Shown in pieces: positions 32,951-42,525 of a stretch of DNA of 43,792 nucleotides (position 1 is its first letter; each line of letters starts with the position of its first letter). The stretch is from positions 1-43,792 of the forward strand of contig QNBC01000001.1 in NCBI GenBank assembly GCA_003641665.1, in the 5' to 3' direction. A model generated the notes under the pieces. It did not search any database. It saw only the letters and a program-made list of their open reading frames with translations, and was not told the DNA's origin. The position numbers and the translations under genes are program-made. This stretch comes from a candidate division TA06 bacterium (GTDB taxonomy: Bacteria > Hydrothermota > 32-111 > QNBC01).

Positions 32951-35395
32951 TTACCTCCTCTTAAATTTTATCCAAAATACATCTAAAATAATTGTAGCAA
33001 AAAGAAATATGAGTGTCAACAAAGAAATCCACAATCCGATCTTTTCATAAATCGAACTGAAATAAAGTTCCACTTTATGATTACCTGCAGGGATTACTAT
33101 CCCCTGAAATGAAAAGTCCGCTTTTATAACCTCCGATTTTTTACCGTCTATTTTTGCTTTCCATGCAGGATAATAGTTATTTAATGCGAGAAGAAGAGCT
33201 GTGCTGTCGGTATTTACATTGAGTATTATCCTGTTGGGAGTGTATTTTTCCACCGTTACGGAGCCTTTACCGTTGTTCCGAATATTTATATTTGATGATA
33301 CAACTGCGCTATCAACTAAAGAGAAATCCGGGGATTTTAGTAGTGACAGAGCCGTATTATCATCTGCTTTTATCACCTTATTTATAATGGAAAATCGGTT
33401 CAAAGCCCTTTTATTGTAAAAAATACTGAAGCGCTGGAACGAAGCCACACGTGGTTTCATGGAGTCTTTCTCCGTAAATAATTTTAGTCGGTTGATTAAA
33501 ACGCGTGTTTGAGGAGGATATCTTTTTAATTCATCATCCGGTGGTAAATTCGGAGAGATGATGTATCTTGCGTTTATAAGAGCTGCAATATTATTATCCA
33601 TCAGGTTCATCGGATTAAACATAACCGTATGCTCCGCTCCGATCAATTTCTGATAACTTTTCAACTGGTTGGAACCGGCTCCCCCTGCACTTTCGAGATG
33701 GTACTGCATAAGATAATCATCTCCTGAATGTTGCCAAAACAGAGGTAACACTCTGAAAACACCTTTTTGTTGAATCAGATATTCGGTAACGGATGATTTC
33801 GTATTAAATTGACTGAAAGGTTCTACACTAACATAGTTTTTATTTATCTTGTACGTATCAAGAAAGAGTAGAAATACAAGAGCAAAAAACAGATAGTAAA
33901 ATCCCTTTTTCCATTTCTCAAAACCGATTAGAATTCCTATCATAATAGCAAGAATAATGAAATTAAAAACCATTCCCGAAATAAATGAAGGATAGTTGTT
34001 CTTGAAGTTATTCAATTTTTGTATGAGTTGCTGTTGTGGCATAAGAGATGAATATACATTTTTGAAATGATTGTAAAGGGAGGAATATAGCCCATTTTGT
34101 GCAATAAGCACAATGAGGAAAATAGCGGTTATTGCTCCCAATGTTTTGTAAAGGAAATTCAAAAATTTACCTTTATTATCATCATCAATTATATACTGTA
34201 AAACATAAGCGGCAAGAATAGATAGAGAAAAATGGGCAAAAATGAAGAACATGCTCGGTGCTCTGAATTTTGCTACGCCGGGAATGAGGTAAACAAGCCT
34301 GTAAAATGGTGTATGTCCGCCCAGAGCAAGCAAAATACCGAGAATGGCAATTCCGAAAAAGTACTTAACGTACTTGTCCCATTTTTTTCTGTAATAGAAC
34401 AGAGGAATCAATGTGAATATAGGGAAAATGCCAAGATATTGTGAATCCAACTTGAAGAAATTTTCTCCCCAGTAATTGTTTAGAATACCCGAAAATTGGG
34501 GAACGATAAGACTCGTAAGTTCGGAAGTAGGGAGGGACCAGGAGGTCGAATAAGCATATCCCCTCTCTGTCCCTCTTACTGCATATTTTATGTAGGAAAA
34601 AACGGGTAAATACTGGCATGCAATAAGCCCGCCGAAGATAAGTGCCGTAATGGCGAATAATATAAATTGTTTTGTCGCTTTTCGTTTATCTTTAGAGAAA
34701 AGATTAATGAGGTATACGACTACTGTAACAAAATAGATCAGAGAAAACATGTATGTAATTTGAGGGTGGCCTCCTAAAAGAGAGAATGCCAGGAAAAGGG
34801 AAAATAAGAGAAAATATGTGATTCTCTCGGTTCGTATACCCTTTAATGTCATGAGAATCATGAGAGGGATGTAAGCAGAGGTATATATTTTGCCATCGTG
34901 ACCGGGATAAACTTGAGAGATAATGCTTCCCCCGGTCATATAAATTATTGCACCGATGAGGGATGATTTTTTTGATAAACCCATCTCCTTCAGAAGATAA
35001 TAAGTCGAGAAGCCGGCCAGCATTACATGTAGGATTATGCTGTATGACCAGACAACATGGGTAGGTATGAAAAGACGAAAAAGAGTGGTCAGATAAAATA
35101 GATCCCCATAAAATGCATCGATAACAGGCATTCCTCCGAATACGTAAGGATTCCACAGAGGAAACTGATGGTAGTGAGTAACGGAGTAGTGTATAAAATC
35201 CCTGAGAGCATAACCTGCTGTCATCCAGTCACTCCCGAAAAGTATGTTGGAAGGGGAGAGAGCTTTGAAAAAATAAATTAAGGGAATCAAAAATATAATA
35301 GCAAGATAAAGTTTTTCTTCGTATTTCGGGTTAAATGAAGGATAAATCTCTATTTGCTCTGTATTAGAGTTAATTTTTACTTTCTTTTTGCCCAT
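32951..35395 (-). CDS. YfhO-family / GT-C-fold polytopic membrane protein (putative envelope glycosyltransferase)
   Basis: 814 aa: many TM helices in the first roughly 520 aa, a large extracytoplasmic C-terminal domain, then a final TM. The N-terminal PLWNPYVFGGMP motif is typical of YfhO. GGAGG SD. Confidence 0.65.
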   Translation of the reverse strand: MGKKKVKINSNTEQIEIYPSFNPKYEEKLYLAIIFLIPLIYFFKALSPSNILFGSDWMTAGYALRDFIHYSVTHYHQFPLWNPYVFGGMPVIDAFYGDLFYLTTLFRLFIPTHVVWSYSIILHVMLAGFSTYYLLKEMGLSKKSSLIGAIIYMTGGSIISQVYPGHDGKIYTSAYIPLMILMTLKGIRTERITYFLLFSLFLAFSLLGGHPQITYMFSLIYFVTVVVYLINLFSKDKRKATKQFILFAITALIFGGLIACQYLPVFSYIKYAVRGTERGYAYSTSWSLPTSELTSLIVPQFSGILNNYWGENFFKLDSQYLGIFPIFTLIPLFYYRKKWDKYVKYFFGIAILGILLALGGHTPFYRLVYLIPGVAKFRAPSMFFIFAHFSLSILAAYVLQYIIDDDNKGKFLNFLYKTLGAITAIFLIVLIAQNGLYSSLYNHFKNVYSSLMPQQQLIQKLNNFKNNYPSFISGMVFNFIILAIMIGILIGFEKWKKGFYYLFFALVFLLFLDTYKINKNYVSVEPFSQFNTKSSVTEYLIQQKGVFRVLPLFWQHSGDDYLMQYHLESAGGAGSNQLKSYQKLIGAEHTVMFNPMNLMDNNIAALINARYIISPNLPPDDELKRYPPQTRVLINRLKLFTEKDSMKPRVASFQRFSIFYNKRALNRFSIINKVIKADDNTALSLLKSPDFSLVDSAVVSSNINIRNNGKGSVTVEKYTPNRIILNVNTDSTALLLALNNYYPAWKAKIDGKKSEVIKADFSFQGIVIPAGNHKVELYFSSIYEKIGLWISLLTLIFLFATIILDVFWIKFKRR

Positions 35396-35407
35396 ATCTC
35401 CTCCGTT

Positions 35408-36433
35408 TTATTTGACAAATTTGAATGTTGAGAGTAATGCTTCCATTTCTAAAATTAAAGGGAATTTATCTTCTCCGGGATTTGCTACATTATAATCAAT
35501 CATATAAAAATATCCATTATGATAAAGTGCATATCCGCCGAAGGGACCTCCCATTATGAGTTTGCTATTTTGCCATAATCCGTGGTATTTGAAAACTTTC
35601 ATTCCGTTCCAGACGGTATCGACACCGGACGAATATTTAATGCCCTTATATTTGACGAGAACACTATCTCCCTGGAAAAAATCCTTAAATATTCTATTAC
35701 GAAAGGCGAATAGCGAGGTTGCGCTTACTTCAGGCATATCGACACTGTCTTTCCAGGCAATAACGATCATCCTGTCCGGATTGTGACGAATATAGCCCAT
35801 TATGCCCGCCTTTCCGTTTTCTATGATGTGTATATATTTGTTTTTCGGAAGGCTGAATTCAAATCCTCCGTATCCTTTCATTTTTCTGATTGCCTTCTGA
35901 TCCAATCCTTTAATAGTATTTATTTCCAGTAACCGTTTCATTGCAGCGCTTATATAATACTGGAATATCAGATCTTTGTATTGTAAAAGGACATTATTAA
36001 GATCCTTTTGATCGACTCCCATGACGATGAGAATGTATTGATATTTTGCCCACGGGTCTTTGAAACCGAATATCTTTTGTGTCCCGTTCCTGACTTTTGC
36101 AAGATCAGCATCGGTAAGAAATTGCTTGATAATATCCATATTCCCGTTATCACCCGCCAGGTCTTCCACGAAAAGAAGATTCTTTTGTAATTTATAGCGG
36201 TATAGTTTATCCGAGGGAATATCGGTAAATTTTATTTTATGTTCCGGTTGAGGTGTGTAGATTATTTTATTGAAAATCTCTTTGTATGTTTTCTCGAAAT
36301 CGACATATTGGTTTTCCTTCTGAACAATTACGACATAATTTTCTCCACCGCCGGCAGGTAACATTTTTGGTTTTGTAGAACATCCCGTTAATATAATCAT
36401 TATTGCTATCATGGGAAAAATAAACTTCCTCAT
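35408..36433 (-). CDS. Lipoprotein, unknown function
   Basis: Signal peptide plus lipobox (ILTGC). 341 aa. GGAGG SD. Sits between recG and the yfhO-like gene with gaps of 8 and 12 nt. Confidence 0.6.
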   Translation of the reverse strand: MRKFIFPMIAIMIILTGCSTKPKMLPAGGGENYVVIVQKENQYVDFEKTYKEIFNKIIYTPQPEHKIKFTDIPSDKLYRYKLQKNLLFVEDLAGDNGNMDIIKQFLTDADLAKVRNGTQKIFGFKDPWAKYQYILIVMGVDQKDLNNVLLQYKDLIFQYYISAAMKRLLEINTIKGLDQKAIRKMKGYGGFEFSLPKNKYIHIIENGKAGIMGYIRHNPDRMIVIAWKDSVDMPEVSATSLFAFRNRIFKDFFQGDSVLVKYKGIKYSSGVDTVWNGMKVFKYHGLWQNSKLIMGGPFGGYALYHNGYFYMIDYNVANPGEDKFPLILEMEALLSTFKFVK

Positions 36434-36441
36434 AAATCCTC

Positions 36442-38490
36442 CTATCCGATTCTATAGTATCTATCTATACCTTCAAATCTGTCCAATAACTTATTATACT
36501 TCAAATCTCTATCATAATCAATTATTTTCTTGGCACATTCCCTTGCTTTCATGAGCATATCGGCATCTTCAATAATATTAGCAACTTTAAAATCCGGCAT
36601 GCCGTGTTGTCTTGTTCCGTAAATATTTCCCGGTCCCCTTAATTTCAGGTCTTCTTCGGCTATTTTAAAACCGTTTTTTGTTTGCTCCATGATTTTCAGC
36701 CGTTTAACGGCGACATCACTTACAAATCTATCGGTAATAAGAATGCAAAAGGATTTTTTATCTCCTCTTCCTATACGCCCCCTGAGCTGATGCAGTTGTG
36801 AAAGACCGAATCGCTCCGGGTGTTCTATCACCATGATTGTTGCGTTCGGAACATCTATTCCCACTTCAATTACCGTAGTGCCTACGAGAATTTTTATTTC
36901 TCCCTTTGCAAACCGTTTCATTACTTCTTCTTTCTCTCCCGAATTGATCCTTCCGTGAATTAATCCCACTTTGATATCGGAGAAGTACTTTTTAATTTCT
37001 TCGAACATAAGTGTTGCGGATTTCAGGTCTAATTTTTCCGATTCTTCCACGAGAGGGTAGATTACATAAACCTGGTCACCCATTTCGTTTATACGTTTCT
37101 TTATAAAATCGTAGAGTTCGAATCTTTTATCATCTTTTATCCACCTTGTAACGATCTCTTTTCTTCCGGGGGGCATTTCGTCTATAACGGATATATCGAG
37201 ATCTCCATAAAGTGTCATCGCCAGAGATCTGGGTATGGGTGTTGCTGTCATAACAAGAAGATGGGTATTGTTCCCCTTGTTGAGGAGTTTCGAGCGTTGT
37301 TCCACTCCGAAACGGTGTTGTTCGTCTATAATGGCAAGACCTAACGACCGAAAGACAACATCATCCTCAATAAGGGCGTGCGTTCCTACGACAATATCTG
37401 TTTTTCCGGAGGTTAAATTCTCCTTTATTGTCTTCTTCTCCGAAGTTTTTAATCCGCCTGTCAGAAGTTCCACATTAATATCGCTATTTTGCAGATATTT
37501 GACGATCTTTCGATAGTGCTGATTTGCGAGAATCTCTGTTGGAGCCATGAATGCAACCTGATAGCCGCTTTTTATGACATTTAAAGCCGAAATTAAAGCC
37601 ACGATCGTTTTTCCGCTGCCGACATCTCCCTGTAAAAGTCGAGCCATCCTCTTTCCCGTCTGCATATCTTCCAATATCTCTTCGGTGACCCTCTTTTGAG
37701 CGCCTGTTAATTTAAACGGGAGTTTTGTAATAAATTTCTCCGTAAAATCGGATTTTTTGATATATACTCCCCCTTCAGCCTTGGTTTTAAATTTTCTCCG
37801 TTCGAGATATGTTTGTATAAAGAGAAATTCGTAAAATGCGATTGTTTTCCTTGCCCCGATTCCCTCATCCACACTATTGGGCGTATGAACTCGTAGAAGT
37901 GCATCCTTGAGCTGTATTACAGAGCAATCGTGTAGGATTTTATTATCAAGTATATTGTAAGAAGAAAGGTCGGTATTATCAATCGCATTTCTAATAATTT
38001 TTCTCAAATATTTTTGAGAAATCCCTTCTGTCAGAGGATATACCGGTATTATGCCTCCGAAATTTTCTTTAGAACTCCCTTCTTGTTTGTCAATCACATC
38101 AAATTCCGGTTGGATTATCTGGTACGATTTAAAAAAATCGATTTTTCCGAAAATTATGAGATGAGTTCCCTTTTTTAGTACATTTTTAAGATAGGGTTGG
38201 TTGAAAAACAGAAGTTTTATATTTCCCGTGCCATCAGAGAAAAGAAATTCACCGACGATTTTTCCCCTAACGGTGCGTCTAAGGGATCTGTCGAGAATTG
38301 TCCCGACAAGAGTCGTTTGTTCTCCGATAGTAATATCTTTTATTTTTTTTATGTTTGTTCTGTCCACATATCGAACGGGTATGTGAAAAAGCAGGTCTTC
38401 AACGGTTTTAATATTAATACGAGACAGTATTTTAGATACTCTGGGACCTACGCCCTTAACATATTTAACATCAGTGTCAATCTTAAGCAT
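36442..38490 (-). CDS. recG: ATP-dependent DNA helicase RecG
   Basis: An N-terminal wedge/OB region is followed by Walker A GDVGSGKT, DEQHRFG, and helicase C motifs (QLHQLRGRIGRG). Confidence 0.93.
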   Translation of the reverse strand: MLKIDTDVKYVKGVGPRVSKILSRINIKTVEDLLFHIPVRYVDRTNIKKIKDITIGEQTTLVGTILDRSLRRTVRGKIVGEFLFSDGTGNIKLLFFNQPYLKNVLKKGTHLIIFGKIDFFKSYQIIQPEFDVIDKQEGSSKENFGGIIPVYPLTEGISQKYLRKIIRNAIDNTDLSSYNILDNKILHDCSVIQLKDALLRVHTPNSVDEGIGARKTIAFYEFLFIQTYLERRKFKTKAEGGVYIKKSDFTEKFITKLPFKLTGAQKRVTEEILEDMQTGKRMARLLQGDVGSGKTIVALISALNVIKSGYQVAFMAPTEILANQHYRKIVKYLQNSDINVELLTGGLKTSEKKTIKENLTSGKTDIVVGTHALIEDDVVFRSLGLAIIDEQHRFGVEQRSKLLNKGNNTHLLVMTATPIPRSLAMTLYGDLDISVIDEMPPGRKEIVTRWIKDDKRFELYDFIKKRINEMGDQVYVIYPLVEESEKLDLKSATLMFEEIKKYFSDIKVGLIHGRINSGEKEEVMKRFAKGEIKILVGTTVIEVGIDVPNATIMVIEHPERFGLSQLHQLRGRIGRGDKKSFCILITDRFVSDVAVKRLKIMEQTKNGFKIAEEDLKLRGPGNIYGTRQHGMPDFKVANIIEDADMLMKARECAKKIIDYDRDLKYNKLLDRFEGIDRYYRIG

Positions 38491-39139
38491 CGTTTCTAAA
38501 GGGAGATTCCTTTTCCATTTCTTTCATCTCCCTATTCATTATAAAATAAAGAATAACCACTATCGCTATTGCGATGAATATGCTTATCAAATATTTGCTG
38601 GAAATAAATATGTCATAGAGTCCGTGAAATAGAGCCGCGAGAAGTATGCCGGTTACCACATAGTGTTTTTTCCCTGTCATCTTTGTCTTGTATAGCGGAT
38701 AACCCCAAAGTGCTGAAAATACCACATGCCCCAGTGTCGTAAGAATGGACCTTATAAAAATAACTTTCCAACCCATGGTAAACATATAGAGCATATTTTC
38801 AACGGTTGCAAAACCGAGTGCGGCTGCAGTGCTGTAAACGATACCGTCAATCGGTTCATTGAATTCTCTATTCGAATAAATGGTTAAACGGACAGAAAGG
38901 TATTTGAAAAATTCTTCAGATAACCCTACAACAACGATATAAAAAATGTATCGGTTGAGAATTATTTTCTTAAATAAAAGTTCGGTAACATCGGCGGGTA
39001 AAATTGCAATCATTCCTGCTATGAAAGCATAGATTAAAAATAGAGGGGGTTCCGGTTCATACCTGTCCTTCCCGGCAAAATAGAACAGCCAGAAAAGTCC
39101 TGGGATGAGTGCGACAACTATAATAAAAAGAATCATCAA
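38483..39139 (-). CDS. prsW: PrsW-family intramembrane metalloprotease
   Basis: 218 aa, multi-TM. It has the signature EE-xx-K (GLSEEFFKY) and HxxxD (FHGLYD) motifs. Confidence 0.8.
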   Translation of the reverse strand: MMILFIIVVALIPGLFWLFYFAGKDRYEPEPPLFLIYAFIAGMIAILPADVTELLFKKIILNRYIFYIVVVGLSEEFFKYLSVRLTIYSNREFNEPIDGIVYSTAAALGFATVENMLYMFTMGWKVIFIRSILTTLGHVVFSALWGYPLYKTKMTGKKHYVVTGILLAALFHGLYDIFISSKYLISIFIAIAIVVILYFIMNREMKEMEKESPFRNDA

Positions 39140-40068
39140 AATTTATATGAAACGGTAATAATATTGCCTGCTCCCAGTTCATTATTGATGAAGAACGAGT
39201 AGTCAAGCATAAACCGTTTGTATGAGAATCCAGCTCCCATTGTAGGATTATTCTGGTAAATGCCCATTGATAAACGGAATATATTGGAAATGAAGAAATC
39301 CAATCCGGCGTTGAGATCGAAACTTATCGAATCGTAGTGGAATTGATCACTAGTGCCTCTGTTGTCGAAATGGAATGGCAGTCCTATGTATGTATTGAGT
39401 CTATTACCGGCGACATGAAAGCTGTATCCAAGAGAGAGTTGTGTTTCCGGATATGCGACATCCTTTGTTCCGTTATTCCAGAAAATCACTGTTGTCGAAA
39501 TATTTTTCACACCGAGAGCGCAGTAAAACTTGTTGTCCGGAGTGTATCTGATGCCACCGTCAATTCCCATGCCGAAACCGGTTGCATTTTCAAAGCCTAT
39601 GTAGTCCGCCCTTATATTAAACCCTACGGATAGATGGCGATTAATCGCTTTTGAATAATTTAAAAGCAGATTGCTGTGATTGTATGAAGCGTAATGATCC
39701 ACTATGGGTTGATTATTAGGACCTATTGTGTCCGTTGTGTCGGGAAGAACCGTAATGGGAATCCCTCCGGAATGAAATAGTTTTAACATAAAGGAAACAC
39801 GGTTGCTACTGTTTCCCGTTGAAAAAATCAGGTTATCGTCGTTGAAAAGACCGGAAGCCGAAATATGATTGTACGAGATGAATCTGTTTTCGTCAGGTGT
39901 TATATTCACAGGGGAAATCGCAAAGACGACGGGGAGATCGGAAAAGAAAATACTATTTCCCGACGATACGGTAATTGCGGATGAAGGAAGGTTATAGTAT
40001 TCTCCTGCATACTCTGTTCCATAAACGGCTAATGGAATAAGTAATAAAAAAAGAATGCATTTTTTCAT
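39136..40068 (-). CDS. Outer-membrane beta-barrel protein (small, PorV/PorP-like pattern), family uncertain
   Basis: Signal peptide MKKCILFLLLIPLAVYG. It has alternating beta-strand patterns, glycine-rich turns (GFGMGIDGGIRY, GAGFSYKRF) and a C-terminal ...VSYKF. The track's GTG start at 40098 is replaced by the ATG at 40068. Confidence 0.6.
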   Translation of the reverse strand: MKKCILFLLLIPLAVYGTEYAGEYYNLPSSAITVSSGNSIFFSDLPVVFAISPVNITPDENRFISYNHISASGLFNDDNLIFSTGNSSNRVSFMLKLFHSGGIPITVLPDTTDTIGPNNQPIVDHYASYNHSNLLLNYSKAINRHLSVGFNIRADYIGFENATGFGMGIDGGIRYTPDNKFYCALGVKNISTTVIFWNNGTKDVAYPETQLSLGYSFHVAGNRLNTYIGLPFHFDNRGTSDQFHYDSISFDLNAGLDFFISNIFRLSMGIYQNNPTMGAGFSYKRFMLDYSFFINNELGAGNIITVSYKF

Positions 40069-40111
40069 ATATGACCATTCTATTAATTTATTCGACACGT
40101 GTCAAGCCTCA

Positions 40112-41398
40112 TTACTTATGAAAAAGCCTTATAATGTCATTGTATGTAACATATAGCATCAGCAAAATGATGAGAGCGAACCCGGTGTATTCGATAACCA
40201 TCATTATTTTTTCGGACATTTTTTCACCGAAAATTCTGTAGAATGTAAATAAAACCATTTGTCCTCCGTCCAGTGGTGGAAATGGAAGGATATTTATCAG
40301 AGCTAAATTGATTGAGATAAATGCTATGAAACCGATAAGTGCCGCCATACCCCAATTTGCATAATCCCCTGTGAGTTTGACAATCGATACGGGGCCACCA
40401 AGCATTTTGGGAGAAACTTTTTTCTCAATGAGGAGTTTGAGTTGATAACCGATTAATTTTATCGAAGAAATCGATTGATCGTATGCGAGAGATATGGCAT
40501 AAATCGGGTTAACTCCAATCTTTGGAGTTTTTACCATAACACCGATTGCTCCGTAAGTTACAATTGTATCGTGATCAAGACCTTTCTGTTCCTTTGGAAC
40601 AACGAACAAATGGAGTGTATCATTCCCGCGGAGGATTTTTAACCCTACTTTTTGTCCGGCTTTGGTTTTAATTATTGAAACGAAGTTATTCCAATCCCTG
40701 ATATCGGTTGAATCTACCGCAAGTACCTTATCTCCCCGCTTAAGTCCGCTTTTAAATGCTGCGCTGTTTTTCTCCACCTGGCCCACTACGGCTGGAATTA
40801 CAGGGCTTATGTTGCCAAGCATGCTAAACTTGGTTTTCGGGAGTGTTATGTTCACCACATTGCCGTTTCTGAATACCTGAAATGTGTTATTTTCATTCTC
40901 CTTTGCGTACTTGTAAACATCATCCCAGTAGACAACCTTCTTTCCGTTGACACTTATTATACTATCGTTATTCAGAAATGGTACAGAATCAACGTTTGTT
41001 ACGGAAACTGAAATCGGAGCGTTTTGTATGACACTGACACCTGTGGAAAGAATGGAACCGTAAAATAAGAGAAATCCGAACAGAAAACTAAATAGCGGAC
41101 CGCCAAAGATTACAAGGTATTGCTTCAATAGCGATTTGCTTAGAAATTCGTCCGGTTCTCCGTTCATTTCCCCTTTCTCCATACCGTAAACATGAACATA
41201 TCCTCCTATGGGAAAGAGTGAAAACACATAATCGGTGCCGTTTTTCTTAAAACCGAACAGTCTCGGTCCCATCCCTATGGAAAATGTCGGAACCCTGATT
41301 CCAAACAATTTTGCAAATGTAAAATGTCCAAGTTCATGACTTGCTACAAGCACTAAAAAGCCCAGAAGTCCCAACACTATTGTAATTATTATGTTCAT
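40112..41398 (-). CDS. rseP: RIP site-2 zinc metalloprotease RseP (M50 family, with PDZ)
   Basis: Motifs HELGHF, PDZ (GLKRGDKVLAVD) and NILPFPPLDGG. Confidence 0.9.
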   Translation of the reverse strand: MNIIITIVLGLLGFLVLVASHELGHFTFAKLFGIRVPTFSIGMGPRLFGFKKNGTDYVFSLFPIGGYVHVYGMEKGEMNGEPDEFLSKSLLKQYLVIFGGPLFSFLFGFLLFYGSILSTGVSVIQNAPISVSVTNVDSVPFLNNDSIISVNGKKVVYWDDVYKYAKENENNTFQVFRNGNVVNITLPKTKFSMLGNISPVIPAVVGQVEKNSAAFKSGLKRGDKVLAVDSTDIRDWNNFVSIIKTKAGQKVGLKILRGNDTLHLFVVPKEQKGLDHDTIVTYGAIGVMVKTPKIGVNPIYAISLAYDQSISSIKLIGYQLKLLIEKKVSPKMLGGPVSIVKLTGDYANWGMAALIGFIAFISINLALINILPFPPLDGGQMVLFTFYRIFGEKMSEKIMMVIEYTGFALIILLMLYVTYNDIIRLFHK

Positions 41399-42525
41399 AA
41401 AATCACTCCTTCGGCGAAATTATAAGCCCAGTTATTTGCTTCTATTATATCGTAAATGCTCGGGTCTTTTACTACTGCATGAGCATTAATGGTTTTTTCA
41501 ACTATTTTAATTATATCTAAAAATTCTATATCTCCCTTTAAAAATCGTTCAACGGCGGCTTCATCCGCCGCATTTAAAACGGCAGGCAATGTCCCCCCAG
41601 TTTTAGCACTTTCCCGAGCAATCAAAAGTCCCTTGAATACTGTTTCATTAGGTTTATAGAAATCCAAATGTCCGATCTCTTCCAGTTTTAATTCGCTAAT
41701 TACGGAATTGCATCTTTCCCCCTCGAAAAGAGCATATTCAATGGGCAATTTCATATCGGGGATACTCAAAAGTGCCTTAACGGAATTATCTTTAAACGCT
41801 ACGAGAGAGTGAATTATCGATTGCGGATGTATTAACACATCAATTTTATCTACCGGAAGATCGAAGAGGTGATGGGCTTCGATGATTTCATATCCTTTAT
41901 TGATCATTGTTGCGGAGTCCACAGTTATTTTTTTTCCCATACTCCATGTCGGGTGGTTTAGTGCTTCGTCGACTTTAATCCCATTGAGATTTTGTCTTTT
42001 AAAAAAAGGGCCTCCTGATGCCGTTAGTATAATCCTTTTGATATTATCGGGTCTTTCTCCCGAAAGACATTGGTATATGGCGTTATGCTCACTGTCAACG
42101 GGGATGATATATTTGTATTGTTCTTTTGTTATGAGGTTACCGAAAACAACAACGGATTCTTTATTGGCAAGAGCAATACGTTTTTTCCTCTTTAATATTT
42201 CCAACGTGGGAAGTGTCCCGGCAAATCCTGAAATTGCATTTACAAAGAGGTCAATGTCTTCGGAAGCGATGATCCGTGACATTGCATCATTACCGCAAAG
42301 AATTTCCGTTTTTCCACTGTATGTGCTTTTGTAATAATGGCATCTTTCTTTATCGCTAATAAGGGCAAAACGAGGAGCAAATCTGCTTAGAATCGAATCC
42401 AATACCACCGTATTCTTATTGCATGTAACAGCATAGAGATTAAACTGTTCTTTGTATTGTTCGATTACTTCGATTGTACTTTTGCCAATGGAACCGGTGG
42501 CTCCCAGCAATGCTATATTTTTCAT
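41395..42525 (-). CDS. dxr: 1-deoxy-D-xylulose-5-phosphate reductoisomerase
   Basis: Motifs GATGSIGKST, LANKESVV, PVDSEHNA, NKGYEIIEAHHLF. Confidence 0.95.
   Translation of the reverse strand: MKNIALLGATGSIGKSTIEVIEQYKEQFNLYAVTCNKNTVVLDSILSRFAPRFALISDKERCHYYKSTYSGKTEILCGNDAMSRIIASEDIDLFVNAISGFAGTLPTLEILKRKKRIALANKESVVVFGNLITKEQYKYIIPVDSEHNAIYQCLSGERPDNIKRIILTASGGPFFKRQNLNGIKVDEALNHPTWSMGKKITVDSATMINKGYEIIEAHHLFDLPVDKIDVLIHPQSIIHSLVAFKDNSVKALLSIPDMKLPIEYALFEGERCNSVISELKLEEIGHLDFYKPNETVFKGLLIARESAKTGGTLPAVLNAADEAAVERFLKGDIEFLDIIKIVEKTINAHAVVKDPSIYDIIEANNWAYNFAEGVIL

Noticed and set aside
34614-34629. TGGCAT-gcaat-AAGC, which has the correct GG-N10-GC sigma-54 spacing.
   Set aside because: It lies on the plus strand inside the minus-strand yfhO-like CDS, with no plus-strand gene downstream. 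The TT of TTGC is missing.
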